Shown: piece after piece, positions 47,556 to 58,800 of the stretch
How the letters are laid out: every line of letters starts with the position of its first letter
Numbering within the stretch: position 1 is the first letter of the stretch
DNA from: Akkermansiaceae bacterium
Lineage (GTDB): Bacteria; Verrucomicrobiota; Verrucomicrobiia; Verrucomicrobiales; Akkermansiaceae
Direction of reading: 5' to 3'
DNA length: 64,000 bases
Assembly (NCBI GenBank): GCA_049240965.1
Contig: JBMLRP010000056.1
Span: 1,425-65,424 of the forward strand
Program-made: the position numbers and the translations under genes
The notes under the pieces: generated by a model
The model's database searches: none
What the model was told of the DNA's origin: nothing
Seen by the model: the letters and a program-made list of their open reading frames with translations, nothing else

Positions 47556-49445
47556 TTACTGTTCCGGCAGATCACGTGAGATCGACTTTTCGAACGTATC
47601 CGGATATTCATTCCTAGTATAGCGGGCGGGCTCCACACCAATTCCCAACAACAGCGACGGGCCTTGATTCTTTTCAAATCGATTCTTTGTGCATGTCAGG
47701 GAGTCGGCTGCCTTCATCATCACAGCACCACCCAGCAAATTATCAGAAATACGATTGGCTTCAAAAACGCCTTCGCCACTTCCTTTGCATACCACGCCAT
47801 AGTCACGATTTGCCGTAAGTTGATTTCCCTTCACGTTCAATGGAGCCGTTGTATCAAAGAACATGCCGTTGAGACAATTCTCCGAGCATCGATTGTTTTC
47901 GAGAATTGCGGACGCCTGGTTCCAGACCTCGATACCATGATGGATGTTGGAAAGCATCTGGCAATTTCGAATCGTGGCCTTGGAATTGGAATCCTGGATG
48001 GAAACTCCATCCCATCCATTTTCCTCGAATCGACATTGTTCAGCCTGCACATTTCCGCCCTGAATTACAGCAAGACCGTGACCCGCACCCCGCAAAAAAC
48101 GACAGGATTCAAATGTCACCGTTGCACCGGAAACCAAGACCGCCGAATAGCGGTCATTGGCTTGATGCAGTGAGGTATGCCGGAATTCCACTCCCTTGAT
48201 TTGAGCACCCTGAGCTTTTTTCCCAATGGTCAATACTGGTGCTTTTTCGGCATCACAGGTCATCACCGCCGCCCCCGTGTTTACCTCCAGAACAACGGGA
48301 ACATGCAGGAAAAACGGACCCGCGTATTCCCCTGCGTCCAACAAAATTCGATCATGCTCCAACGCCGCATCCAAGGCAGCTTGAAGACCGGGGAAGTCCT
48401 GTGGCACTCGGATCGTTCGCGCATAACCTGCGATTTTGTCATAGAGCGAGGCCACACGGACATCCGCGGGGGCTAATTTTTTCGCTTCGCGGATCATTTC
48501 CAGCAATCGAGGATCATAGCGTCCCTGATCGCTCTGCAATACCTTTTGATAAATTTCCTCAGCTCGAAGGCGATTGATTTCTTGAGTTTTTTTTCCTTTC
48601 TCGGCAACAGTCTTCCACTCCTTTGCTGACGCGTAATCAGGCTCTGCCTGAAGAATTTTCTCCACCCAAACGAGAGCAGAATCCCACTGTTGCTGATCGA
48701 TCGCTGCTTGAGCCTGATTTTTCCACTCTTGGCGGATACCGGCAGTTTGCATGAAACGCACTCTTGCTGCGAGAGCATTCATTTCCTCGTGAAGTGGTTG
48801 CACAGCCTTGACTTTCGTAATCGCTGCCAGAGTTTCGTCCCATCGGTTTCCTTCAAAGGCTGCCACTGCTTCACCGGCCCAATAGGCGAGATACTGCTCC
48901 TGTTCCTCAAGCATGCCAGCCTCAATGCTGCGGCGTCCGATCAGAGAAATATCGCTCTTTACTTCGACTCCTTCGATTTTTTGATACAACACCAAAGCCT
49001 CCTGCCAACGACGTTTCAGAAGATGGTCCGCGGCGTCCGATGCCCATTGCGCGAGTTTCTGCTGACGCTCCAACTCTTGTCTTTTCTGCCATTCGTTTCT
49101 CGCGAAGAATCCGCCAGCCGATAAAACAGTGAAAAAAAGCACAAATTTCCACCAACCACGTCGCGCTTTAAGTTCTTTGCGAGGCTCCACCACCGAGGAT
49201 TTTGACTCTCGAAATGATCCATCGAGTAATGATGATGACCTCAAATGGATTGTTTCTCTAAAGTATGCCAAAGCACGATCAAACTCAATCAGGTCATCTT
49301 GATAGCGATCAGAGATCATCTCTGTAGGCGCCGACCGCACGAGACCCGCGATTTGATCTCTCGTGATCTGCAAAGACAGTTCTTTTGCGGGCCATTCATC
49401 ATCTGATGACAACCCCAAAACCCTTCTTGCCTCCGCAGCATTCAT
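47556..49445 (-). CDS. membrane-anchored right-handed parallel beta-helix repeat protein with J-domain-like N-terminus
   Basis: Start at 49445 (MNAAEARRVLGL). A TM segment WWKFVLFFTVLSAGGFFA, then an alpha-helical repeat region, then C-terminal NosD/pectin-lyase-like repeats (GHGLAVIQGGNV..., NGWDGVSIQDSN..., IHHGIEVWNQAS...). The longer ORF-track start overlaps the divergent gene. Confidence 0.6.
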   Translation of the reverse strand: MNAAEARRVLGLSSDDEWPAKELSLQITRDQIAGLVRSAPTEMISDRYQDDLIEFDRALAYFRETIHLRSSSLLDGSFRESKSSVVEPRKELKARRGWWKFVLFFTVLSAGGFFARNEWQKRQELERQQKLAQWASDAADHLLKRRWQEALVLYQKIEGVEVKSDISLIGRRSIEAGMLEEQEQYLAYWAGEAVAAFEGNRWDETLAAITKVKAVQPLHEEMNALAARVRFMQTAGIRQEWKNQAQAAIDQQQWDSALVWVEKILQAEPDYASAKEWKTVAEKGKKTQEINRLRAEEIYQKVLQSDQGRYDPRLLEMIREAKKLAPADVRVASLYDKIAGYARTIRVPQDFPGLQAALDAALEHDRILLDAGEYAGPFFLHVPVVLEVNTGAAVMTCDAEKAPVLTIGKKAQGAQIKGVEFRHTSLHQANDRYSAVLVSGATVTFESCRFLRGAGHGLAVIQGGNVQAEQCRFEENGWDGVSIQDSNSKATIRNCQMLSNIHHGIEVWNQASAILENNRCSENCLNGMFFDTTAPLNVKGNQLTANRDYGVVCKGSGEGVFEANRISDNLLGGAVMMKAADSLTCTKNRFEKNQGPSLLLGIGVEPARYTRNEYPDTFEKSISRDLPEQ

Positions 49446-49514
49446 GCCACAGAATTCGTAACACCTAAAACTGCTGATACCAATGCCAAAAGATAAAATG
49501 ATTTCGATACGGAA

Positions 49515-50765
49515 ATGATGCACATTTTCGTTCATTACCATCTGCGCCTCGGAGGAGTCACGCGAGTGATGCAGCAACAAACATCTGCATTTGCGCAGAT
49601 GAACCAGACCTTTGTCACCATCAGCGCAGGACCGGCCTACTCGGTGACGGGCGAGCATCGCATCCTGCCCAGTCTCGATTACTCCCACCCTTCATCACTC
49701 GATTTAAGCAAAGAAGCGCTGCTCTCTCTTGTCCGGGATTTGCCACAACCTCATATCTGGCATTTTCATAATCCCACTCTCGGATGTCACCCACGGATGT
49801 CTGAATTGATTGAAGAAATGGCCCGTGCCGGAGAGCGCATGATCCTTCATCTTCACGACTTCGCGGAGGACCAACGACCGCAAAATCTCCAGGGTTTATC
49901 ACTGGGTCCACCATGGTTTCCCTGCGGCGATCACATTCATTACATCGTACTTACGCAACGAGATCGCAAGATTCTGATGGATGCCGGACTGAACCCTGAT
50001 CAAGTCACATTATTGGGAAATCCCATCATCTCCCAACCATTACCACAGCCGGACAAGCCGAACGCTCTGGTGCTTTATCCCACGCGTGCCATCAATCGCA
50101 AAAACATCGGCGAAATGCTCCTGTTATCGGCATTATCACCGGCAGGGACACGCTTTGCCACCACTCTCGGGCCGGGGAAATCCCTTCATCAATCCGACTA
50201 TTCTCTCTGGCAAGAACTCGCAAAAAGCATGGAACTCCCCGTGTCTTGGGCCATCACCGAGGACCCTGCCAAGCCCCTATCCTTCAGCGATGCGATCGCC
50301 TCCTGCACCCATCTGCTCAGCACTGCCACACAAGAAGGCTTCGGCATGGCATTCATCGAATCCATCGCGTGGCAAAGACCTCTTTTCGGACGCGCGATCC
50401 CTCACATCCAAGAAAATCTCTACCACTACGGTATCGTCCATCCAAACCTCTACGATCGCATCGAAGTCAACGGCATCGACTTCGCGAGACAAACCGCATT
50501 TCGACAGCAAGAACTCATTCTGCTCGCCCTCAAGAACCCGCTTCAGGCAACGATCACCCAAGGAAACAACTCATATCCCGCCCGGGATTGGTTGGAAATA
50601 ACGCTGCATGATCGGCATCCTCCTCCGATCACTTTGATCAAATCGTTTCATCCCATCTTGCACGCGGAAACACTGTTATCCATCAGCGCATCACTGGCTC
50701 ATGCGACCTGTGATTCCATTTCTCATCTCGATGCCACCATCATTCAGAGAGCTTTTTCTGCATAA
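49515..50765 (+). CDS. probable GT-B fold glycosyltransferase (GT4-like)
   Basis: N-terminal HYHLRLGGVTRV and C-terminal TQEGFGMAFIESIAWQRPLFG (E-x7-E-like region) resemble GT4 enzymes. Specificity unknown. Confidence 0.5.
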   Translation: MMHIFVHYHLRLGGVTRVMQQQTSAFAQMNQTFVTISAGPAYSVTGEHRILPSLDYSHPSSLDLSKEALLSLVRDLPQPHIWHFHNPTLGCHPRMSELIEEMARAGERMILHLHDFAEDQRPQNLQGLSLGPPWFPCGDHIHYIVLTQRDRKILMDAGLNPDQVTLLGNPIISQPLPQPDKPNALVLYPTRAINRKNIGEMLLLSALSPAGTRFATTLGPGKSLHQSDYSLWQELAKSMELPVSWAITEDPAKPLSFSDAIASCTHLLSTATQEGFGMAFIESIAWQRPLFGRAIPHIQENLYHYGIVHPNLYDRIEVNGIDFARQTAFRQQELILLALKNPLQATITQGNNSYPARDWLEITLHDRHPPPITLIKSFHPILHAETLLSISASLAHATCDSISHLDATIIQRAFSA

Positions 50766-50803
50766 TCCTTGCCGCATTTCCGCCCGCCGACTATCCTGCC
50801 CAT

Positions 50804-53020
50804 GTGCTGAATGCCCGCGTATTGATCGACGGCCCCTCTGAGCTGGTCTTTGATTACTCTTTCCCCGACGAACTCCCCGTCCGTCCCGGTTGTCGAGTTC
50901 GCGTGCCTCTTCGCAACCGTGATGCCACTGGAACCGTGCTTGCTGTTGTTGAGGCACAAGACCTCGGATTCGCGACTCGTCCACTCAGTTCATTAATCGA
51001 CCCGGAACCACTGCTCACCTCCGAGTTGTTAGACTTGGCTCAATGGATTTCCCAATACTACGGCTCCAGCATGGAGTCAGTCATCCGCTCTTTGTTACCG
51101 GAATCTGTTCGATCGGAAGAACATCAGGCGAAGTCGCAAAAAATCGTTCGCTTGAGCAAAATTCCTACGGCCGATATCCTCGAATCATTCGGTAAGAAAG
51201 CGCCCAAACAACAATTGATCCTCACTCGATTGCTAAAACAAGACGATCAAAAAATCCTGCTTGCAGAACTCGGAAAGGGAGCCGGTGCTTCGGTGAAATC
51301 CTTGGAAAAATCCGGCCTCGTCGAAATCGCGGACGAAGCCATACGTCGTGAGCCCGATGCCGATCTCAACGAGCAAATCATCGAGTCCCACCCCCTCTCG
51401 CTTAACAACGAACAATCAGAAGCGCTCTCTGCCATCAGCGATCTTATCGACCATCCCGGAAAACCGCTTTTACTATTAGGCGTCACCGGTTCCGGGAAAA
51501 CAGAGATCTACCTTCAAGCCGCACGTTACGCACTGGATCAGCAAAAAACCGTGCTCGTGCTTGTGCCGGAAATTTCCCTCACTCCCCAGACGGTTCGTCG
51601 ATTCAAGGCACGCTTCGCAGCGCTCAATGACCAAGTGGCGGTATTGCATTCCCATCTCTCCCAAGGCGAACGTTTTGATGAGTGGCATAGGATTCGCAAA
51701 GGGAAAGCCCGTATCGTCATCGGAGCACGCTCGGCTGTGTTTGCTCCGCTGCCCCATCTCGGACTCATCCTTGTCGATGAAGAACACGACAACTCCTACA
51801 AACAAGATACCACGCCGCGCTACCATGGCCGCGATGTAGCGGTTCTCCGCGGACACATCGAAAAATGTGCCGTGGTTCTGGGGTCCGCAACACCTTCTCT
51901 CGAATCTTTTCACCATTGCCAGGAAGGAAAATATCTCTTGCAGCGTCTTAACGTGCGCGCCGATTCCCACTCGATGCCACTCGTTCGTGTGATCGATATG
52001 CGCATCGAACAACAGAAGCACAAAAACAGCCATACGATCTTCTCTGACAAACTGCGACAAGGTCTTGAACTTCGGTTGGAACGCGGTGAGCAATCCATCC
52101 TTTTTCTGAATCGACGCGGTTTTGCACGCTCACTGCAGTGCCCTGCCTGCGGACACGCATGCCAGTGCCCTCATTGCGCTATCGCCCTCACCTACCATCG
52201 CACCGATGAACGTTTGATGTGTCACATTTGTGGATTTCAATCCATCGTGCCTCGCAAGTGCCCGGAATGCAAAGATCCCGCAATAGCCTTGCAAGGCTAC
52301 GGCACGCAGAAGGTAGAAGAAGTCCTCGCGAAAATCATCCCCAAGGCCCGCATCGCGCGCATCGACGCGGATGCCATGCGCAAAAAAAACACTCTGCGCG
52401 ATATGCTGAACGCCTTCAAATCAAAGAAGATCGATATCCTGATCGGCACTCAAATGATCGCCAAAGGCCTGCATTTTCCCAACGTCACACTGGTGGGGAT
52501 TCTCAATGCGGACATCGGTCTGCATGTGCCCGATTTCCGCGCCTCAGAACGCACTTTTCAACTCATCACCCAGGTCGCAGGACGAGCCGGACGTGGAGAA
52601 CTCGAAGGCGAAGTCATCGTGCAAACCAGCACTCCTCACGCTCCTGCGATTCAATACGCCCGACGTCACGATTTCGATGGTTTCAGCGAGCAAGAACTTG
52701 AATTCCGCCGCGAATTCCAATTCCCTCCTTTTGGTCGCTGCGCCGTTTTAACCGTGCGCTCCACTCATGAACGTCGTGCGGAATTCACTCTGCAAACGCT
52801 GCACCGACGCCTTGAAGAAAACAAACCCAAGCACCTCACGGTGAGCGAACCTTTACCCAGTCCGCTGGTTCGTTCCCACGGTCAATTTCGTTTTCAAGTC
52901 ACCCTCCGCTGCCCTAACGCCCGCCCTCTAACCAATCACGTCCAGTCCATCCTGCAGCGCACGCCGCTACCAGAAGACGTCATCGCCACCTTTGACATGG
53001 ATGCCATCAACTTCAGTTGA
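50804..53020 (+). CDS. priA: primosomal replication restart helicase PriA
   Basis: GTG start. Walker A GVTGSGKTE, DEAH-like LVDEEHD, Cys-rich zinc region (CPACGHACQCPHC...CHICG...CPEC); 738 aa. Confidence 0.95.
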   Translation: MLNARVLIDGPSELVFDYSFPDELPVRPGCRVRVPLRNRDATGTVLAVVEAQDLGFATRPLSSLIDPEPLLTSELLDLAQWISQYYGSSMESVIRSLLPESVRSEEHQAKSQKIVRLSKIPTADILESFGKKAPKQQLILTRLLKQDDQKILLAELGKGAGASVKSLEKSGLVEIADEAIRREPDADLNEQIIESHPLSLNNEQSEALSAISDLIDHPGKPLLLLGVTGSGKTEIYLQAARYALDQQKTVLVLVPEISLTPQTVRRFKARFAALNDQVAVLHSHLSQGERFDEWHRIRKGKARIVIGARSAVFAPLPHLGLILVDEEHDNSYKQDTTPRYHGRDVAVLRGHIEKCAVVLGSATPSLESFHHCQEGKYLLQRLNVRADSHSMPLVRVIDMRIEQQKHKNSHTIFSDKLRQGLELRLERGEQSILFLNRRGFARSLQCPACGHACQCPHCAIALTYHRTDERLMCHICGFQSIVPRKCPECKDPAIALQGYGTQKVEEVLAKIIPKARIARIDADAMRKKNTLRDMLNAFKSKKIDILIGTQMIAKGLHFPNVTLVGILNADIGLHVPDFRASERTFQLITQVAGRAGRGELEGEVIVQTSTPHAPAIQYARRHDFDGFSEQELEFRREFQFPPFGRCAVLTVRSTHERRAEFTLQTLHRRLEENKPKHLTVSEPLPSPLVRSHGQFRFQVTLRCPNARPLTNHVQSILQRTPLPEDVIATFDMDAINFS

Positions 53021-53051
53021 ACCGATCGACAAGACACTGTCCCTCCGAGGC

Positions 53052-54566
53052 TCAAACCGTCATTTCATTCATGCCTAGCATTCCAGTGGCAAGGCGCATG
53101 ATAGACTGCTCAGTCATTTGTGTGCGTGATAATTCACCGGCAATTCGTCCTTCATGCATCACGAGGACGCGATCGGCGATGCCGAGGATTTCTTCCAGGT
53201 CTGAAGAAACAAACAAAACCCCGATACCGTCGCGCGCGAGGGCTTCCATCCATTGATAAATCTCACGCTTGGCTCCCACATCGATACCGCGCGTGGGTTC
53301 ATCCAAAAGCAACACTTGGGGCTTGCGGGCCAACCATTTGCCGATGACGATTTTCTGTTGATTGCCGCCGGAGAGAAGCCGTGTTGTTTGACCAGGATTG
53401 GAGGCTTTGATTTGCAAATGTACGATTTGTTGCGCGGCAAGCCCCTGCTCGGCCGGCCCATCACGGAACATGCGCGCGCGCGCCAACGATGAGAGCGATG
53501 GAAGGCAGAGATTGTCCGCGACGGAAAATTCCAGCACTAAACCCTGCTGCTTGCGGTCTTCTGGCACCAACATCACTCCCTGATCAATCGCCTCTCGCGG
53601 ATGCTGAGGCTGATAACTCCGACCGTGCAGGGTCATGCTTCCACCACAGGCTGGCTTCACTGCGGCAAGAGCTTCTAACAGTTCCGTTCGCCCCGCGCCG
53701 ACCAAGCCCGCAATACCGACAATCTCTCCTGCATGCAGGGAAAAATGCAGTGCATTCGCTGGATGTGCTGTCGTGCAGACTCCGTGCACGTTCAATAGAA
53801 CCTCGCCACGCGGGTGGCTACGACGTTGATAGAAATCCGACATCGCTCGCCCCACCATCAGGCGAACCATGGCATCGTGATCGATTTCTCCACGCGCCAG
53901 CTCGCCGGCATTTTCGCCATCGCGCAGCACGGTCACGCGATCTGCGATACGCTCGATCTCCTGCAAACGATGGGAAATATAAATTATACTGACGCCTTCC
54001 GCCTGCAATTTACGGATGACCGCAAACAGCATGTCGGTCTCGGACTGACTGAGGCTGGCGGTAGGTTCATCCATGATGAGCAGGCGAGCATCCGTCGCCA
54101 ACGCCTTGGCGATCTCGATGATTTGTTTTTTCCCCGGAGACAAATGAGCGACCGATGAATCCGCGGGCAGCCCGAAGCCAAGACGATCTAAGAGAACCTG
54201 AGCACGACTCTCCATTTCCCGATGATTGATGAAACCCCAGCGCTGAGGCTCACGACCGAGAAAAACATTCGCCGCTGCCGATAGATTTTCCGACAGATTA
54301 AGTTCCTGATGAATCAAGACGATCCCCTGACGCATGGCCTCGGTGGCTGATCCAAAACAAACTTCCCTGCCCTGCCATTGCAAAGTGCCCTCATCCGGTT
54401 TTTGTAACCCAGCGAGGATTTTCATCAAAGTGCTCTTGCCTGCCCCGTTTTCTCCAAGCACGGCAAGGACCTCGCTTTCATGCAGATTCAGGTTCACTCC
54501 ACGCAGCGCCTTTACGCCGGGAAATGATTTGCCGATATTTTTGGCGACAAGAATGGCTGGCTTCAT
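53052..54566 (-). CDS. sugar ABC transporter ATP-binding protein (duplicated ABC domains, RbsA/MglA type)
   Basis: Walker A GENGAGKST and GLVGAGRTE; signatures LSPGKKQ and LSGGNQQK; 504 aa. Confidence 0.9.
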   Translation of the reverse strand: MKPAILVAKNIGKSFPGVKALRGVNLNLHESEVLAVLGENGAGKSTLMKILAGLQKPDEGTLQWQGREVCFGSATEAMRQGIVLIHQELNLSENLSAAANVFLGREPQRWGFINHREMESRAQVLLDRLGFGLPADSSVAHLSPGKKQIIEIAKALATDARLLIMDEPTASLSQSETDMLFAVIRKLQAEGVSIIYISHRLQEIERIADRVTVLRDGENAGELARGEIDHDAMVRLMVGRAMSDFYQRRSHPRGEVLLNVHGVCTTAHPANALHFSLHAGEIVGIAGLVGAGRTELLEALAAVKPACGGSMTLHGRSYQPQHPREAIDQGVMLVPEDRKQQGLVLEFSVADNLCLPSLSSLARARMFRDGPAEQGLAAQQIVHLQIKASNPGQTTRLLSGGNQQKIVIGKWLARKPQVLLLDEPTRGIDVGAKREIYQWMEALARDGIGVLFVSSDLEEILGIADRVLVMHEGRIAGELSRTQMTEQSIMRLATGMLGMNEMTV

Positions 54567-55573
54567 CTACCCAATTTTTCATTCAAATCCTTACGATAGG
54601 CTTCCACCTCATCGCGACGAATCATGCGAGCGGGGATATCGATGAATCGGCTATCTGGAATGACTGATTGATCGCCTGCCGCAATGGATTTCAAGAATTT
54701 AATCGATTGGTAACCATATTCGTAGGGATTTTGCACTACGGTCCCGTGCACATGCCCGGCCATAACACCTTCCAGCGTTTCATCCGCTTCATCGAAAGCG
54801 ACAACCTTGACTTTTCCTAACTGATTCATGCGGCCCAGCGCTTCGAGAATAATCGGAGGGTTGTAGGCAAAGAGTCCGACCATACAACCCACATCCGGCG
54901 TGCGGGTGATCGTATCTTCCACATATGTTTTGGCTTTGGCACGGTCAAATTGATCAATCAAAGTACCGAGGATCTTGTAGCGACCGCCATCGATCACAGC
55001 TCCCGGTTCATCAAAACGTTTTGGATCAGCGGATCGATCCAGCAATTCATCGATCAGTCCCTGGCGGCGTAACCGGGCATTATCCTGTTCGATACGCCCC
55101 ACAAAGATCGCCACCGACCCACCTTGGGGCATGGCTTCTTTCACCAACTGTCCCGCCATGCGACCAGCCTTATAGTTATCCATACCCAGATACATCAGAC
55201 GCTTTGCTTGGGGAGCATCCGCATCCACGGTAATCAAGTTCGAAGATGCCGCAGCTTTATTGAGGACCTCCAATTGATTGTCCGGGTCGATAGGACTGAC
55301 CGCGATGCCATCGATACCGCGAATCACCATATCCTCCATCATCTGCTTCTGATCCACGACACCCGAGGCCGGCATCAGCACGGAAACTTTCACCCCGAGA
55401 TCCGCGCCGGCCTTTTCCGCACCTACTTTGCAGATGTCCCAGAACGATGCCACACCATTGGTGACGAAAGCAAATTCCGGTGTTTGATTCGCGGAGTCAG
55501 TCGGCTTTTGACAAGAAGTCACAACGCAGCCGAACAAGGCCAGGGCAACAATTTTCCAGGTGTTTTGGGTCAT
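54563..55573 (-). CDS. sugar ABC transporter substrate-binding lipoprotein (RbsB-like periplasmic binding fold)
   Basis: Start at 55573 (MTQNTWKIVALALFGC lipobox). Type I PBP pattern (FVTNGVASFW..., DGIAVSPID..., VVAFDE...). ATGA overlap with the ATPase gene. Confidence 0.85.
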   Translation of the reverse strand: MTQNTWKIVALALFGCVVTSCQKPTDSANQTPEFAFVTNGVASFWDICKVGAEKAGADLGVKVSVLMPASGVVDQKQMMEDMVIRGIDGIAVSPIDPDNQLEVLNKAAASSNLITVDADAPQAKRLMYLGMDNYKAGRMAGQLVKEAMPQGGSVAIFVGRIEQDNARLRRQGLIDELLDRSADPKRFDEPGAVIDGGRYKILGTLIDQFDRAKAKTYVEDTITRTPDVGCMVGLFAYNPPIILEALGRMNQLGKVKVVAFDEADETLEGVMAGHVHGTVVQNPYEYGYQSIKFLKSIAAGDQSVIPDSRFIDIPARMIRRDEVEAYRKDLNEKLGR

Positions 55574-55882
55574 GCGACGAGCACACCAAATTTCCCTCTC
55601 ATGTCGAGAAAAAAGGAATTCATGCCGCCAGCTGCGACCCATCAAGTAGATCCGAATCAATCCGCGTCATGGACGAATCATACAAAAGAGCAGCTGCCTG
55701 TATCATCATGCACTCGTGCGATGACACAAGTGACACAAATTCTGCTTGGCAGCCGCCACACATCTAATGTGATGTGCATACCATCAGACAAAGTAATTAC
55801 TGCGCATGACGCGTCACTTTTCCGATCTCTCTAAATAACCCAAAGAACCAACACTGCCACCGGCAGAAACATACAAAAACCC

Positions 55883-58800
55883 ATGAAACCACGCCGTAAC
55901 ACATTTATATCTGCATCAAGTAAAATGCAAATTGCACTAACTTCCCTCACATTTGCCACATGCCTTGTTGGATCTGCTACTGCAGCGAGCGCCACTTGGC
56001 TAGCTTCTCCTTCGGATTCAAATTGGAATAACAACGCAAACTGGACGGCCGCATTCCCAAATGCAATTACTGAAACAGCTACATTTAGTAATGCTGTCAC
56101 GTCTTTCGGAGGTAATGCCAACCCAATAACCCTTTCGTCTGGTATCGCACTTCAGAATCTCGCATTCAGTGGATCTGCGGGAGCTTACGTTGTCGGAGCA
56201 ACTGCGGGAACAAACGCTCTGTCTTTTCGTAATTCAGCTGCTGGAGGCAACAGCGTAAGCATTGCAGCGGCCGTGACAAATCCCCAGATAATTGCAACAC
56301 CCATTTTTTTCACAGCCCCGTCCTCGACCAATGGTGCTTTCACATTTGCCAATAACTCCACCACATTATCCGCCACCTTGAGTTTCACGGGGAATATTAC
56401 GGCAAATACCAGCAGCACTAGACCCGGCAGAATTCTTCTCGATGGTTCCAACACAGGAATTAACATCATTAGTTCCAACATCACTTCTCCGAGTTACGGT
56501 CAAGACGTATCACTCCTCGTCAAAAACGGCTCTGGCACATGGATTCTCTCAGGTAACAATAACTTTAGTGGCACAGGCATGACGAGTGCCACGTCCTCTT
56601 CGGGTATTCAGATAAATGCTGGAGTATTATCCGTTCGTCATAACAACGCACTCGGCAGCAGCGCAACTGCCGGTTCTCTTCAAGTTCGAATCAATTCGGG
56701 CATTCTCGAGCTAGCAAACCAAATCACGCTCGACAACGGTATCAATCTAAACATGAACAATGGTGCAACCATTCGATCCACGGGTAGTAATACAATTAAT
56801 TCGAGAGTTACCGTAACTACGACTCAGGCCTCTTCTGTGAATCTTTCAACCGCAAATATTACAGACGTTCTTACAATAGGAAATGCCACAAACGACCTAA
56901 CAGGTGGAGCAACGGATACATCGATCCAAGTAACCGGCGCGGGAACAATCGTATTACCCCATTCTAACAACTACAAAGGCGTATGGTCGTTGACTAGTGG
57001 AACCTTACAACTTGGCAACAATACATCATTGGGCCTTGCCACGTCCGCTAGCGTTGTGTTCGGAGCATCCTCTGACGCGATACTGAAACTCAACGGATTC
57101 AGCCCTACAATCACCGGTCTCTCAACTAACACCACACTTGGCACACCGTCGATCGTGAACGGCAACTCAGGCACGTCAACACTCACTGTCAACAATGCTA
57201 CTAGCCAAACATTTGCCGGTGCGTTGAGTGATGGCAGCGCCGGCATTCTGGCTTTCACAAAAGGTGGTTCAGGAACATTAGCGCTGACAGGGAATCTGGA
57301 TTATACAGGTGCTACTACGATCACCAACGGAACTCTCATCATCAACAGTCAGTTAGCCAGTCCCAGCATTGCCGTAAACAGTGGTTCGACACTCAGTGGC
57401 AATGGCACGATCATGGGCAGTGTGACAATTTCGTCCACATCACGTTTAGCACCCGGTAACGGAGTCGGAACCCTAACTATGGGCTCGTTGACACTTGCCA
57501 GCGGTGCGATTTTTGATTGTGAATTCAAAGCGGACGCAACCGCAAATGACTTGGCAGTTGTCACGAGTACCGATGGACTGATGCTCAACGGCGGAGGATT
57601 CCACCTGTATGAAGAAGGATCAACAACGCAGTTTCGCACACCCGGCACCTACACTCTAATTTCCTATAACGGCACAACAACGGTTTCTGCGAGCAATCTG
57701 ACGGTGCTTAACCCGGACGCGACAAAAAACTACTCCTTCAGCTCGGATGCCAACAATATCAACCTGACGATTACGCCATCCGTCATCTCTCAATGGGGTT
57801 TGTCAACAGGTGGAGACTGGAGCAACGCAGGGAACTGGACCGGAGCAGGACTACCAAATGCATCAGGCTACACGGCTTTACTAGGTTCATCTCTCACAGA
57901 ATCTGGAACCATTACTCTCAATGGCGACAAAACCATTGCGACCTTATCCTTTGACAACGCAAATTCTTACACAATCACTGCCGCAACATCAGAAACACTT
58001 TACTTTGATAATACAGTAAATTCTGGGCAGTCTCAAATCATAGGGACGACAGGAAACCATCAATTGCTCAACTCAGTAGCACTCAACAGCAACACTGTCA
58101 TCTCTGTTTCAAGAGCCGAAGACACAATCACTTTGAATGGTGTTATATCTGGTGCTGGGTCGATCAGCAAAAGTGGACCAGGATCGATTCACCTCGGTGC
58201 TATCAATACTTACCAAGGTGGTACAACGATCAGTGGTGGAACTGTTAGTTTCGCTTCAGGCGGAATCAATATATCAGCACCGATTACGATCAGTAACTCA
58301 AGACTCAAATGGGCATCGGGAAATACAGATGACATCTCGTTGGCTCCCTTGCTCGAGATTGTGGCTGGTGATGCTCAATTGGATACCAACGGAAATGATG
58401 TTGCGTTTTCTTCGTCTTTTGGCGGAGGAGGTGCGGGCAACATCATAAAATCGGGCGAAGGAAAATTAACGCTAGTAGCAGGAAATAATTTCGGAGGCGC
58501 CTCAAACATCAGTGGTGGCATTCTCTCGATCAGTGCGGATAGCGCACTCGGAAGCGTACCTGCAGCGTTTAATCCTCAGAGCATCACGATTGGGGGCGCC
58601 ACTTTACAAATCAGCGGCAATATCGGAATCAACACCAATCGAGGAATTACACTTTCGTCAAGCAATTCAAACATTGATATAACAAGTAATTCGACTGTGA
58701 CTTACAGCGGAATAATCTCTGGAAATGGCGCACTGAATCTCACGGGAACTGGAACGTTCAATGTGGGTGGAACCAATACATTCAGCGGAGGAACTCGAAT

